Made by a program: the position numbers and the translations under genes. From Candidatus Eiseniibacteriota bacterium (GTDB taxonomy: Bacteria; Eisenbacteria; RBG-16-71-46), in contig JBBTLZ010000109.1 in assembly GCA_038068435.1 (NCBI GenBank), positions 1-17,812 of the forward strand: a DNA stretch of 17,812 bases, written 5' to 3'. Of this stretch, positions 1 through 9,767 are shown one piece after another. Positions within the stretch are counted from its first letter, which is position 1, and every line of letters starts with the position of its first letter. The notes beneath the pieces are model-generated. The model was not told the DNA's origin and searched no databases. It saw only the letters and a program-made list of their open reading frames with translations.

Positions 1-198
1 TGCGAGGCGCTCGATCGGGTGCTCAATAAAGGCGCCGTGGTCGTCGGAGAGGTCACGATCTCGGTGGCCGACATCGACCTGATCTATCTGGGGCTCCAGG
101 TGGTGCTCACGTCCATCGAGACCGGGCGTCGGCTGGCCATCGGCCCCTGCGGGAAGGCGGACAGCGCCATCACGGAGGCGACCGATGGGCGCCGTTGA
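1..198 (+). CDS. Gas vesicle structural protein, GvpA/GvpJ/GvpM family (5'-truncated by window edge; most GvpM/S-like)
   Basis: Frame 1 translates to ...EALDRVLNKGAVVVGEVTISVADIDLIYLGLQVVLTSIETGRR..., ending at TGA 196-198. The LDRVLdKG-x-V motif and the amphipathic beta-hairpin core (VADIxLlGlxL) are the GvpA-family signature. GC3 is very high, as in the other genes here. Confidence 0.7.
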   Translation, partial: CEALDRVLNKGAVVVGEVTISVADIDLIYLGLQVVLTSIETGRRLAIGPCGKADSAITEATDGRR

Positions 199-223
199 GA
201 GACCGGCGGTAGAGTCCCGGGCG

Positions 224-538
224 ATGAGCGAGTTCGCCAGGGTGATGGAGACCCGCGCGGGGCTCGGGGTGCGGCCGGGCCGACTGAACGTCAAGCAGGA
301 CGACGTGAAGAACGGGCTGGGACAGCTCGTGCTGACGCTGGTCAAGCTGCTCCACGAGCTGCTGGAAAAGCAGGCGATCCGCCGCATCGAGGCCGGGTCC
401 CTGACCGAGACCGAGATCGAGCGGCTCGGCATGACGCTGATGAGGCAGGCCCAGGAGATCGACACGCTCAGGAGGGCATTCAACCTGGAGGACGAGGACC
501 TGAATATGGACCTCGGCCCCCTCGGGAGACTCCTGTAG
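224..538 (+). CDS. gvpK: Gas vesicle protein GvpK
   Basis: The translation contains GLGQLVLTLVKLLHELLEKQAIRRIEAGSLTETEIERLG...LNMDLGPLGRLL, which is the characteristic GvpK core (GLxQLVLTLxELLRELxERQAxRR...LDLGPLGxLL). An alternative start at ATG 185 overlaps the upstream gvp gene by 14 nt. Stop is TAG 536-538. Confidence 0.75.
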   Translation: MSEFARVMETRAGLGVRPGRLNVKQDDVKNGLGQLVLTLVKLLHELLEKQAIRRIEAGSLTETEIERLGMTLMRQAQEIDTLRRAFNLEDEDLNMDLGPLGRLL

Positions 539-550
539 AAGGGGGGTGAC

Positions 551-1012
551 ATGACCATCCAGCGCGCCATCACGCAATCGACGCAGAGCGCCACTCTGGC
601 GGACCTGCTCGAGCGGATCCTCGACAAGGGGATCGTCATCGCCGGCGACATCAAGATCAAGCTCGTGGAGGTCGAGCTGCTGACCATCCAGATCCGCCTC
701 GTGATCTGTTCCGTGGACAAGGCGAAGGAGATGGGGATGGACTGGTGGGTGAACAACCCGGCGTTCAGCCCCCACGCTAGGCGGGAACTCAACGGGGATC
801 ACCTGGGCGAGCTTGAAAAACGGCTGGCCGCGCTGGAGGTGGCCTCGACGCGGGGGCCGGCGCCCGGGACGCGTGCACGAGAAGCTTTTTGTGAGACTGA
901 GCGCGGTCAGGACACGATTCGTGCCTGGGTAGGGAGCCTCCAGAAGGAGTCGAGTAGTGAGCCAGCTGCCCGCAGGCGCACCGTACCTGAGGCCCGGCGT
1001 AAACGGCGTTGA
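551..1012 (+). CDS. gvpJ: Gas vesicle protein GvpJ (GvpA-family minor structural protein)
   Basis: Strong RBS GAAGGGGGG lies 5 nt before ATG 551. The N-terminus SATLADLLERILDKGIVIAGDIKIKLVEVELLTIQIRLVICSVDKAKEMGMDWW matches the GvpJ consensus (ILDKGvVIAGDI...VELLTIkIRL..ASVDKAkE.GMDWW). A C-terminal low-complexity tail is typical of GvpJ. Confidence 0.75.
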   Translation: MTIQRAITQSTQSATLADLLERILDKGIVIAGDIKIKLVEVELLTIQIRLVICSVDKAKEMGMDWWVNNPAFSPHARRELNGDHLGELEKRLAALEVASTRGPAPGTRAREAFCETERGQDTIRAWVGSLQKESSSEPAARRRTVPEARRKRR

Positions 1013-1497
1013 GCTGCTGCTCCAAGAGCCAAGCCGTCGCGCGCAGTACCAGGCACCGGAGCGCGACCTCCAGCCTCCCGGAATCCAGCGCATCGGCGGC
1101 TCCGGCGGCTACTTGGAGTTGACACGGCTCTCGTAGACAGTCTCGTGAGTGTGACCCCGCGCCGCCTGCGTGGTTTCGCGCAGCGCGGCCTCTCCTGAGG
1201 CGCCGCCAGGGTGCTCACGGCGCGGGGCCGCGCGCGCCTGGTTCCGCCGGTTCCGGCATCAGAGTCGGTGTCGGGCTCGATTGGATTGGCTGGCCCGACC
1301 CGCCGGAACGAAGCGCAGCGCCGACGGGGCTTCTTGATGGCTGCCTGGACGTTCGCTCCGCCCGATTCGCTCCAGCAGCCTCAACACAAGCGTGACGACG
1401 GAAGACGCGACAACGCCCTCAAGGGCCAGGATGACCGCGTTGATGCGATGGATTCCGAGAAGCGTCACGGGAGCACCAGCGCCGACGTCCGGCTCGA

Positions 1498-2136
1498 TCA
1501 CGCTGAGATGATCCCGTTGCGCACCGCATAGCGCACCAACTCGCTCACCGAATGCAGGTCGAGCTTGCGCATGACATTCGAGCGGTGCGCCTCCACCGTC
1601 TTGGGACTTATCGAGAGTTCAGCGGCGACCCCGCGCGCCGTGCGACCCTCGGCCAGCCGCTGGACGATCTCGCGCTCGCGCGAGGTCAGTATCGACCTCA
1701 CCGGACGGGTGGTCTCGGCGGACTTGAGGCAGGCGGAGTGCACCGTACTCGAGATCTTGCCGGTGAAGAACGGCCGCCCCTGTCTCACCGCCTCGATGGC
1801 CGCGAGCAGATCGTGGCCGGCGTCCGACTTGAGGACGAAGGCACGGGCCCCCGCCTCCAGCACCTGCCGCACATACTGTTCTGATTCGTGCATCGTGAGG
1901 ATTACGACCTCGGTCCTGGGCGCGGCTGCGAGCACGCCACGCGTCGCCTCGAGGCCGTTGAGCACCGGCATCGCCAGGTCGAGGACCACCACGTCGGGTT
2001 GGAGCTGTGCGGCCAGCTGGATCGCCTCGCGACCGTCCGAGGCCTCGCCGCACACCTCCCAGCCGGGCTTGGACTCGAGGAGCGTCCGCAGCCCCTGCCG
2101 CACCACCTCATGGTCGTCCGCGACGAGGATTCGCAC
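1498..2136 (-). CDS. Two-component response regulator, NarL/FixJ family (REC + LuxR/GerE HTH)
   Basis: N-terminal REC domain: (M/V)RILVADDHEVVRQGL...DVVVLDLAMP...KSD with the phospho-acceptor Asp context. C-terminal GerE HTH: LTSREREIVQRLAEGRTARGVAAELSISPKTVEAHRSNVMRKL. The start is GTG at 2136-2134. Stop is 8 nt downstream of the kinase stop. Confidence 0.85.
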   Translation of the reverse strand: MRILVADDHEVVRQGLRTLLESKPGWEVCGEASDGREAIQLAAQLQPDVVVLDLAMPVLNGLEATRGVLAAAPRTEVVILTMHESEQYVRQVLEAGARAFVLKSDAGHDLLAAIEAVRQGRPFFTGKISSTVHSACLKSAETTRPVRSILTSREREIVQRLAEGRTARGVAAELSISPKTVEAHRSNVMRKLDLHSVSELVRYAVRNGIISA

Positions 2137-2144
2137 GATGGTCT

Positions 2145-3578
2145 TCAGCGTGTGGGACTGAGTGGGATGATGGCCACAACTGTCGTCCCTCTGGGGCTGG
2201 TGAGGATTTCGAGTTCGCCGGCGAGCTGGCAGACGCGCTCGCGCATCCCGGTGATGCCCACGCCCAATCCCGTGATTTCATCGGGGGCATCGCCGCTCCG
2301 CTCCGGCAATCCGCGCCCCTGGTCGGCCACCTTGAGCGTCACGTGGCCCGCCGCCGAACCGAGGTGCACGAGAGCGGTCGGGCTGCACGAGTGGCGGTTG
2401 ATGTTGCTCAGGCATTCCTGCACGATGCGGAACAGCGCGGTCGCAACATCGGGGTCCAGCCGTGGGAAATCGGGCGCGACCTCGAAGGTCGCCGCGATCC
2501 GGCTGCGCTCTGCGAAGCCCTGCACGTAGCGGCGCAGCGCCGGCACCAAGCCGCCTTTATCGGGCAATGGCGGGTGGAGCAGGTAGGTAATGGTGCGGAT
2601 GGAATTCGCGCACTGGTCGAGCTGCTCATGACACCGCGTGAGCGCCTGGCGAGCGCGCGGGTCGCGGGACACGTCCACGCCGTCGAGCACAGCGAGGTTG
2701 AGCGAGAGAGCCGTGATGTACTGGGCGGTCTGGTCGTGCAGCTCACGCGCGATGCGGCGTCGCTCCTCGTCTCGGAGCTTGAAGAGCCGCGCGGAGAGGC
2801 TACTCAGGGTCGCCTCGGCCTCCCGGAGGCGTGTAATGTCGCGCAACACGGCGAGGTGTACGCCGCGCTGGATGTCGGCGACCACCGTGCACTCAACCAT
2901 GATTCGGTGGCCGTTCTTGCACGCCAACTCCATCTCGCCGTACCATTGACCGTCGGAGCATAACTGGGCGCACATCTCCGTGGACAGCTCAAGGCGGCCC
3001 GGGCGCACGATGTCGGTCGGGTCGAGGCGAAGCAGTTCCCCGCGCGTGTAGCCGAGCATCGTGGTAGTCGCCTGATTGGCATCGACACAATGCCCCTGCT
3101 CGTCAATGATCACGAAGGCGTCGGGCGCGCCGTCGAAGAGTGCCTTGAACCACCGCTGGCTATCCCGCGCCGCGCGCTCGGCCTGCAGACGTCCGGCGAT
3201 GTCCCGAGCGCACACGAGGAGGACTTGCCGCCCCTCGAGCGGAAGTAGGCAGGAGGACATCTGGACGTCGATGGTCGTTCCGTCCCTGCGCTGGTAGCCC
3301 CTCACGATCAAGGCCAGGCGGGATCCGTCGGTTGCGGAGGTCTGCCAGGGCAGGGAGCCGAACGGCGCCGGCACACCGTCGGAGGAACCGACATCGAAGA
3401 GTGTCATGCGCAGGAGCTCCTGATGCGTGTACCCGAGTAACTGGGCTGCCTGGTCGTTCGCCGCCAGGAAAGCCATGGTTCTGGGATCAAAGACCCAAGC
3501 GACGAAGGGGAGTCGATCGACAAGCGATTGGATCGAAAGCGAAACCTGCTGCTGTGTCTGATTAGGACCTGAGACCAT
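2145..3578 (-). CDS. Sensor histidine kinase, multi-PAS, HisKA_3/NarX-class with HATPase_c
   Basis: At least two PAS-like repeats are visible (..FLAANDQAAQLLGYTHQELL.., ..HCVDANQATTTMLGYTRGELL..). H-box: EERRRIARELHDQTAQ (HisKA_3). ATP-binding region: N-box/G-boxes ADQGRGLP...GLGVGITGMRERV. ATG 3578 is preferred over TTG 3605, because RBS GGGAGGTGG lies upstream of the ATG. It forms an operon with the downstream response regulator. Confidence 0.8.
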   Translation of the reverse strand: MVSGPNQTQQQVSLSIQSLVDRLPFVAWVFDPRTMAFLAANDQAAQLLGYTHQELLRMTLFDVGSSDGVPAPFGSLPWQTSATDGSRLALIVRGYQRRDGTTIDVQMSSCLLPLEGRQVLLVCARDIAGRLQAERAARDSQRWFKALFDGAPDAFVIIDEQGHCVDANQATTTMLGYTRGELLRLDPTDIVRPGRLELSTEMCAQLCSDGQWYGEMELACKNGHRIMVECTVVADIQRGVHLAVLRDITRLREAEATLSSLSARLFKLRDEERRRIARELHDQTAQYITALSLNLAVLDGVDVSRDPRARQALTRCHEQLDQCANSIRTITYLLHPPLPDKGGLVPALRRYVQGFAERSRIAATFEVAPDFPRLDPDVATALFRIVQECLSNINRHSCSPTALVHLGSAAGHVTLKVADQGRGLPERSGDAPDEITGLGVGITGMRERVCQLAGELEILTSPRGTTVVAIIPLSPTR

Positions 3579-4148
3579 GCGGCCCCCCCCACCTCCCTGT
3601 AGCAACTCAACTCACGATAGCTCGATAGTCTTTGATGCATCCCCGACTGTAATACAAGAGAATTAAGTCGAACGCTGGGTAACGAGCCGGGACTCGAGAA
3701 TGGTTCAGGTAGTCTCGGTAGGTGAACTGCCCTAAATCACTGGCCTGATTATGAATTGCCCGCGGTAACCGGTTGCAAGTCGTGAGACCTGCCTGCCTTT
3801 GGAGACCGTGGTCGTGGTGCTGGGCAACCCCCGGCTCCGCGAGGAGTGCATGGCCGAAGTAGAGGCTTGGATCAAAGCCAACCTCCATTCAGTGCCGCCG
3901 GGGGATTTGAGGGCTACGAGCAGGAAAACCAGCGGCCTCAGTGGTCCCAGTGGATCTTGAGCGAGGCCAGTCACCCCCTTGATTGGCGGCCAGCCTTCGT
4001 CCCCGCACCGCTGGCTACCGCGCCCGGAAGCCCACAGGTCTTGGTTCAGCCGCGCTCCCCTCCGTCCGATAAGAAGAGGACAGGTCACCCCGGTGGCCGG
4101 GCCGCCGCATGGCCCGTCCCCGGCCCCCCACGGATGAGGGACCTCACC

Positions 4149-5429
4149 ATGTCTCAGCACCGCACCGCGGAGCAGATCCAGCAGTCGTGGGCCTGCGACC
4201 CGCGCTGGCAGGGCATTCACCGCAGCTACTCCGCGGAAGACGTCGTGCGCCTGCGCGGCACCGTGCATGTCGAGCACTCGCTCGCGCGCATGGGGGCGGA
4301 GCGGCTCTGGCACCTGATGACGACGCAGCCGCCGGTGCGCGCCCTCGGCGCCCTCACGGGCAACCAGGCGGTGCAGCAGGTGGCGGCGGGGCTGACCGGT
4401 ATCTACCTCAGCGGCTGGCAGGTGGCGGCCGACGCCAACAGCGCCGGGCAGATGTATCCGGACCAGAGCCTCTATCCGGTGGACAGTGTCCCGGCGGTGG
4501 CGCGGCGCATCAACCACGCCCTCCAGCGCGCCGACCAGATCGATCAGATGGAAGGCCGCGGCGGGAAGACGCAATGGTTCGCGCCCATCGTCGCCGACGC
4601 CGAGGCCGGCTTCGGCGGCGACCTCAACGCCTTCGAGCTGATGAAGGCGATGATCGAGGCGGGGGCGGCGGGGGTGCACTTCGAGGACCAGCTCGCCTCG
4701 GCCAAGAAGTGCGGCCACATGGGGGGCAAGGTGCTGGTGCCGACGCAGGAGTTCGTCCGCAAGCTGTGCGCCGCGCGGCTCGCGGCCGACATCCTCGACG
4801 TGCCGACGGTGCTGGTGGCGCGCACCGACGCCGGCAGCGCCAAGCTCCTCACCACCGACTTCGATCCCCGCGACCGCGAGTTCCTCACCGGCGAGCGCAC
4901 CGCCGAGGGATTCTTCGGTGTGCGGGGCGGGCTCGAGGCGGCGATCGCGCGCGGCCTCGCCTACGCCCCCTACGCCGACCTCATTTGGGGCGAGACCTCG
5001 ACCCCCGATCTCGACGAGGCGCGCCGGTTCGCCGAGGGGATGCGCGCGAAGTTCCCGGGCAAGATGCTCGCCTACAACTGCTCGCCTTCGTTCAACTGGT
5101 CCAAGCACCTCGACACGGCCACCATCGCCAAGTTCCAGCGCGAGCTGGCGGCGATGGGCTACGCCTTCCAGTTCGTGACGCTGGCGGGATTCCACGCGCT
5201 CAACCTGAGCATGTTCGAGCTGGCGAGCGCCTACCGCGACGAGGGCATGGCGGCCTACGCGCGGCTCCAGGACCGCGAGTTCGCGCTCCAGAACCCGCAC
5301 GGCTACGCGGCGGTCAAGCACCAGAGCTTCGTCGGCACCGGTTACTTCGACGAGGTCGCCCGCACCATCGCCGACGGGCAGATCTCCACCGCCGGGCTCA
5401 AGGACTCGACGGAAGAGCATCAGTTCTGA
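4149..5429 (+). CDS. aceA: Isocitrate lyase
   Basis: Diagnostic ICL signature [13 protein letters not shown] is present, together with a conserved N-terminus ([26 protein letters not shown]) and C-terminal region. RBS GAGGGA lies 8 nt upstream of ATG 4149. The ORF-track upstream extension to 3846 has low GC3 and is not coding. Confidence 0.9.
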   Translation: MSQHRTAEQIQQSWACDPRWQGIHRSYSAEDVVRLRGTVHVEHSLARMGAERLWHLMTTQPPVRALGALTGNQAVQQVAAGLTGIYLSGWQVAADANSAGQMYPDQSLYPVDSVPAVARRINHALQRADQIDQMEGRGGKTQWFAPIVADAEAGFGGDLNAFELMKAMIEAGAAGVHFEDQLASAKKCGHMGGKVLVPTQEFVRKLCAARLAADILDVPTVLVARTDAGSAKLLTTDFDPRDREFLTGERTAEGFFGVRGGLEAAIARGLAYAPYADLIWGETSTPDLDEARRFAEGMRAKFPGKMLAYNCSPSFNWSKHLDTATIAKFQRELAAMGYAFQFVTLAGFHALNLSMFELASAYRDEGMAAYARLQDREFALQNPHGYAAVKHQSFVGTGYFDEVARTIADGQISTAGLKDSTEEHQF

Positions 5430-5477
5430 TATGGGACGACCGGTCCGCGGCCAGGCGTGCGGTATCCTCCACGCGCC

Positions 5478-6356
5478 ATGGCCGACCCCCGACCCGCCGA
5501 CGCCTTCAAGGCCTTCGAACACGAAGGCTGGGAGCGTGTCGCGCTCCCCTACCGCGACGCGTTCTCGTCGCTGACCACCCAGGCGATCCCGTCGCTCCTC
5601 GCTGCCGTCGGCGCCGGTCCCGGCGTACGCGTGCTCGACGTGGCGTGCGGGCCCGGCGACGCGGTCGCGGCCGCCGCGAAGCGCGGCGCGCAGGCGACCG
5701 GCGTCGACTTCGCCACCGCGATGGTGGCGCAGGCGTCGCGCCTTTATCCCGGCTTCGCGTTCCGCGTCGGTGACGCCGAGGCGCTGCCCTTCCCGGACTC
5801 CGCCTTCGACGCGGTGGTCATCAACTTCGGCGTGCTGCACTTCGCCGACCCCGACCGCGCACTCGCCGAAGCGCACCGCGTGCTGAGACCGGGGGGCAGG
5901 CTTGCCTTCACGGTGTGGGCGCCGCCCGAGCGGGCGGTCGGCTTCGCGATCGTGCTCAAGGCGATCGAGAGGCACGGGCGCATGGACGTGCCGCTGCCCG
6001 AGGGCCCGCCATTCTTCCGCTTCGCCGACCCGGACGAGAGCCGGCGCGTGCTCTCCGTCGCGGGGTTCGCCCGCGCGCAGGTCCGCGAGTTGCCGCTGCG
6101 CTGGCGACTGCCCGCCCCCGATGCGCTCCTCGATGCGTTCCTGGAGGGAGGCGTGCGCACGCGCGGCCTGTTGCGCGCGCAGACGCCGGCGGCGCTCACC
6201 GCCGTCCGCGAGACGATCCGTGTGGCGACATTGCGCCACGCGCACACGGGCGGCGTGGAGCTGCCGATGCCGGCGGTGATGTCGGCGGCGGAGAAGGGCG
6301 GAGGAGAAGGGATGAGCGGCCGTAGCCGCCGATGCTACACTGCGGCCCTCCTGTGA
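5478..6356 (+). CDS. Class I SAM-dependent methyltransferase (Methyltransf_11/25-like)
   Basis: Motif I VLDVACGPGD, post-I acidic residue and motif II/III (AFDAVVINFGVLHF ... LRPGGRLAFTVW) are present. Start taken at the ATG giving MADPRPAD. Substrate is unknown. Confidence 0.7.
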   Translation: MADPRPADAFKAFEHEGWERVALPYRDAFSSLTTQAIPSLLAAVGAGPGVRVLDVACGPGDAVAAAAKRGAQATGVDFATAMVAQASRLYPGFAFRVGDAEALPFPDSAFDAVVINFGVLHFADPDRALAEAHRVLRPGGRLAFTVWAPPERAVGFAIVLKAIERHGRMDVPLPEGPPFFRFADPDESRRVLSVAGFARAQVRELPLRWRLPAPDALLDAFLEGGVRTRGLLRAQTPAALTAVRETIRVATLRHAHTGGVELPMPAVMSAAEKGGGEGMSGRSRRCYTAALL

Positions 6357-6418
6357 CCTGCGGCCCGTGAGCCGCCCGACTCCTGCCGGGATCGTTCGTC
6401 CCCGGCACCGAGGTGTTC

Positions 6419-7786
6419 ATGGCTGATCTCTCCATCGACTTCGCCGGCATCAAGAGCCCGAACCCATTCTGGCTCGCCAGCGCCCCGCCCACCAACAGTG
6501 GCGACCAGGTCATGCGCGCCTTTGACCTCGGCTGGGGTGGGGCGGTGTGGAAGACGCTCGGCGATCCGATCGTCGACACGTCGAGCCGCTTCGGCTCGCT
6601 CGACGTCAACGGCACGCGCATGGTGGGCTTCAACAACATCGAGCTCATCACCGACCGGCCGCTCGAGGTGAACCTACGCGAGATCCGCGAGGTCAAGCGC
6701 AGGTACGCGGACCGCGCGGTCCTCGTCTCGCTGATGGTGGAGTCCAAGGAGGACTGGCGCGACATCATCAAGGCCTCGATCGACACCGGCTGCGACGGAC
6801 TCGAGCTCAACTTCGGCTGCCCGCACGGCATGTGCGAGCGCGGCATGGGCTCGGCGGTGGGGTCGGAGCCCGAGGTGCTGAAGACGGTCGCGGGATGGGC
6901 GGTCGAGTACTCGACCGTGCCGGTGCTCATCAAGCTCACGCCCAACATCGGCGACATCCTCGAGGCCGGCGTGCCGGCGGTCGAAGCCGGCGTGCACGGG
7001 CTCTCGCTCATCAACACCATCAAGAGCCTGATCGGCGTGGACCTCGACCGGTTCGTGCCCTACCCGGTGGTGGGCAATCGCTCGACCAACGGCGGCTACT
7101 GCGGACCGGCGGTCAAGCCGATCGCGCTCCACATGGTGGCGGCACTCGCCCGCGACCCGCGCATCACCGTGCCGATCTCGGGCGTCGGCGGCATCGCCAC
7201 CTGGCGCGACGCGGCCGAGTTCATCGCCCTCGGCGCCACCAGCGTGCAGGTGTGCACCGCCGCCATGCACTACGGCTTCCGCATCGTCGAGGACATGATC
7301 GACGGCCTCGGCGCCTACCTCGACGACAAGGGGATGAAGTCGGTGAAGGAGCTCCACCGCAAGGCGCTGCCGGCGTTCCGGGAGTGGGGTGACCTCGATC
7401 TCAACTACAAGGTCATCGCCCACGTCGATGCCGAGAAGTGCATCGGCTGCAACCTGTGCTACGTGGCCTGTCGCGACACCGCGGTCCACTGCATCCACAA
7501 CGCCGGCGAGCCGCTCCAGCCCGGCCACCGTGCGACGACGCGCGAGGCGGCCATCACCGCCGCAAGGGCGAAGGACGTGCACATCGTCTGGGTGGACGAG
7601 AGCGAGTGCATCGGCTGCAACCTGTGCGCGGCGGTCTGCCCGGTGCCGGGCTGCATCACCATGAAGGACGAGACCAACGGCGCGCCCTTCGAGTCGTGGA
7701 ACGATCGCATCGCGAAGGGCACCGCGAAGGTGCCGGGCGGGCTCGCCGACTACCGTGCTAGGCACGGCGCGCGGGCGAGGAGCTGA
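6419..7786 (+). CDS. preA: PreA-type NAD-dependent dihydropyrimidine dehydrogenase subunit (dihydroorotate-dehydrogenase-like TIM barrel + 2x[4Fe-4S] ferredoxin domain)
   Basis: DHOD/DPD fold motifs are present (GLELNFGCPHGM, ISGVGGI). The C-terminus carries two CxxCxxC...CP ferredoxin motifs (CIGCNLCYVAC...; CIGCNLCAAVCPVPGC). RBS AGGTG precedes the ATG. No preT/gltD-like partner is adjacent. Confidence 0.8.
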   Translation: MADLSIDFAGIKSPNPFWLASAPPTNSGDQVMRAFDLGWGGAVWKTLGDPIVDTSSRFGSLDVNGTRMVGFNNIELITDRPLEVNLREIREVKRRYADRAVLVSLMVESKEDWRDIIKASIDTGCDGLELNFGCPHGMCERGMGSAVGSEPEVLKTVAGWAVEYSTVPVLIKLTPNIGDILEAGVPAVEAGVHGLSLINTIKSLIGVDLDRFVPYPVVGNRSTNGGYCGPAVKPIALHMVAALARDPRITVPISGVGGIATWRDAAEFIALGATSVQVCTAAMHYGFRIVEDMIDGLGAYLDDKGMKSVKELHRKALPAFREWGDLDLNYKVIAHVDAEKCIGCNLCYVACRDTAVHCIHNAGEPLQPGHRATTREAAITAARAKDVHIVWVDESECIGCNLCAAVCPVPGCITMKDETNGAPFESWNDRIAKGTAKVPGGLADYRARHGARARS

Positions 7787-7791
7787 GCGCG

Positions 7792-8010
7792 ATGAAGGGG
7801 CTCGGCGCAGCGCTCGTAATCCTCGGGTTCCTCGGCCTGCTGTTCGGCGGGATCCCCTACCGGAAGACCGAGACCGTCGCCCAGATCGGCGACTTCAAGA
7901 TGCGCGCGACCGCCGATCGCCAGCTGCCGCTGCCACCGGTCGTGTGCGGCTTCGCCATCCTGGTCGGCGCCGCGATCTGGTTCGGCGCGGGCCGCAAGCC
8001 GTCGGCCTGA
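7792..8010 (+). CDS. Small two-TM membrane protein (DUF3185-like)
   Basis: 72 aa, starting 6 nt after the preA stop, with high GC3. There are two hydrophobic helices (GLGAALVILGFLGLLFGG; VVCGFAILVGAAIWFGAG) separated by a polar loop, and the protein ends GRK, as DUF3185-family proteins do. Confidence 0.5.
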   Translation: MKGLGAALVILGFLGLLFGGIPYRKTETVAQIGDFKMRATADRQLPLPPVVCGFAILVGAAIWFGAGRKPSA

Positions 8011-8049
8011 CCCACGGGGCCGCCGACCCCACCCCACGAGGAGGTTCGC

Positions 8050-9540
<1,491 letters not shown>

Positions 9541-9541
9541 C

Positions 9542-9569
9542 CCCGGCCCCACCCCTCAGGGGCCGGAGC
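9542..9569 (+). terminator. GC-rich hairpin immediately after the transporter stop (candidate terminator)
   Basis: CCGGCCCC-accccctca-GGGGCCGG is a perfect 8-bp inverted repeat 2 nt after the TAG. A second short hairpin, CCGACC-gt-GGTCGG, follows. There is no U-tract, which is typical for high-GC genomes. Confidence 0.45.
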
Positions 9570-9686
9570 CGACCGTGGTCGGGGATGGCCCCCTGGCTGG
9601 CTGACTCCCGGTTCAGAACTCGATGCGCGCCAGTGGCTTGGCCAGACGTTCGGGACTGCAGCTTCCGAAGTCCATCCGATCGCCTG

Positions 9687-9725
9687 TTGACCCACATTGA
9701 CAAACTATTGATAGACAAGTAGGTT
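9687..9725 (+). promoter_or_regulatory. Candidate sigma70-like promoter for the regulator-suf operon in a locally AT-rich patch
   Basis: TTGACA (9697-9702) is followed by a 17-nt spacer and then TAGGTT (9720-9725), about 30 nt upstream of the regulator start. An overlapping TTGACC lies at 9687. Repeated TTGACA/TTGATA half-sites lie within the patch. Confidence 0.35.
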
Positions 9726-9767
9726 CCGGGCCGAATCTAACTCTCGCGTAAGGGTTTGGAACCCATC

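Noticed and set aside
170-1093. 307-aa minus-strand ORF antisense to gvpK/gvpJ, rich in Arg/Pro/Gly
   Set aside because: It shadows two motif-confirmed plus-strand genes. Its composition is typical of antisense frames in high-GC DNA, and it contains no recognisable domain.
1259-1501. 80-aa hydrophobic minus-strand ORF whose GTG start overlaps the response-regulator stop (GTGA), as if a third gene of the TCS operon
   Set aside because: Its third-codon-position GC is visibly lower than in the bona fide genes (many GCT/GGT/CTT/GTT codons). It also has no RBS and no recognisable family, so it is most likely non-coding. The 1013-1497 gap is treated as the convergent terminator region.
1211-1531. 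106-aa plus-strand ORF in the gvpJ / response-regulator gap
   Set aside because: The sequence is low complexity and Arg-rich with no motifs. It also overlaps the regulator's 3' end.
3578-3605. TTG 3605 start for the histidine kinase, giving an N-terminal MLQGGGGGR extension
   Set aside because: The extension is translated from a G8 homopolymer and overlaps the RBS-like GGGAGGTGG. ATG 3578 downstream of that RBS is the more plausible start. The ambiguity is retained in the feature evidence.
3607-3888. 93-aa minus-strand ORF inside the aceA/TCS intergenic region
   Set aside because: GC3 is low relative to the genome's coding regions and it has no RBS. It would sit inside the kinase's own promoter region.
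3732-6245. 837-aa minus-strand ORF spanning aceA and the methyltransferase
   Set aside because: It is antisense to isocitrate lyase, which carries the KKCGHMGG signature. The translation is extremely Arg/Gly/Ala-rich and low complexity, so it is a GC-rich shadow ORF.
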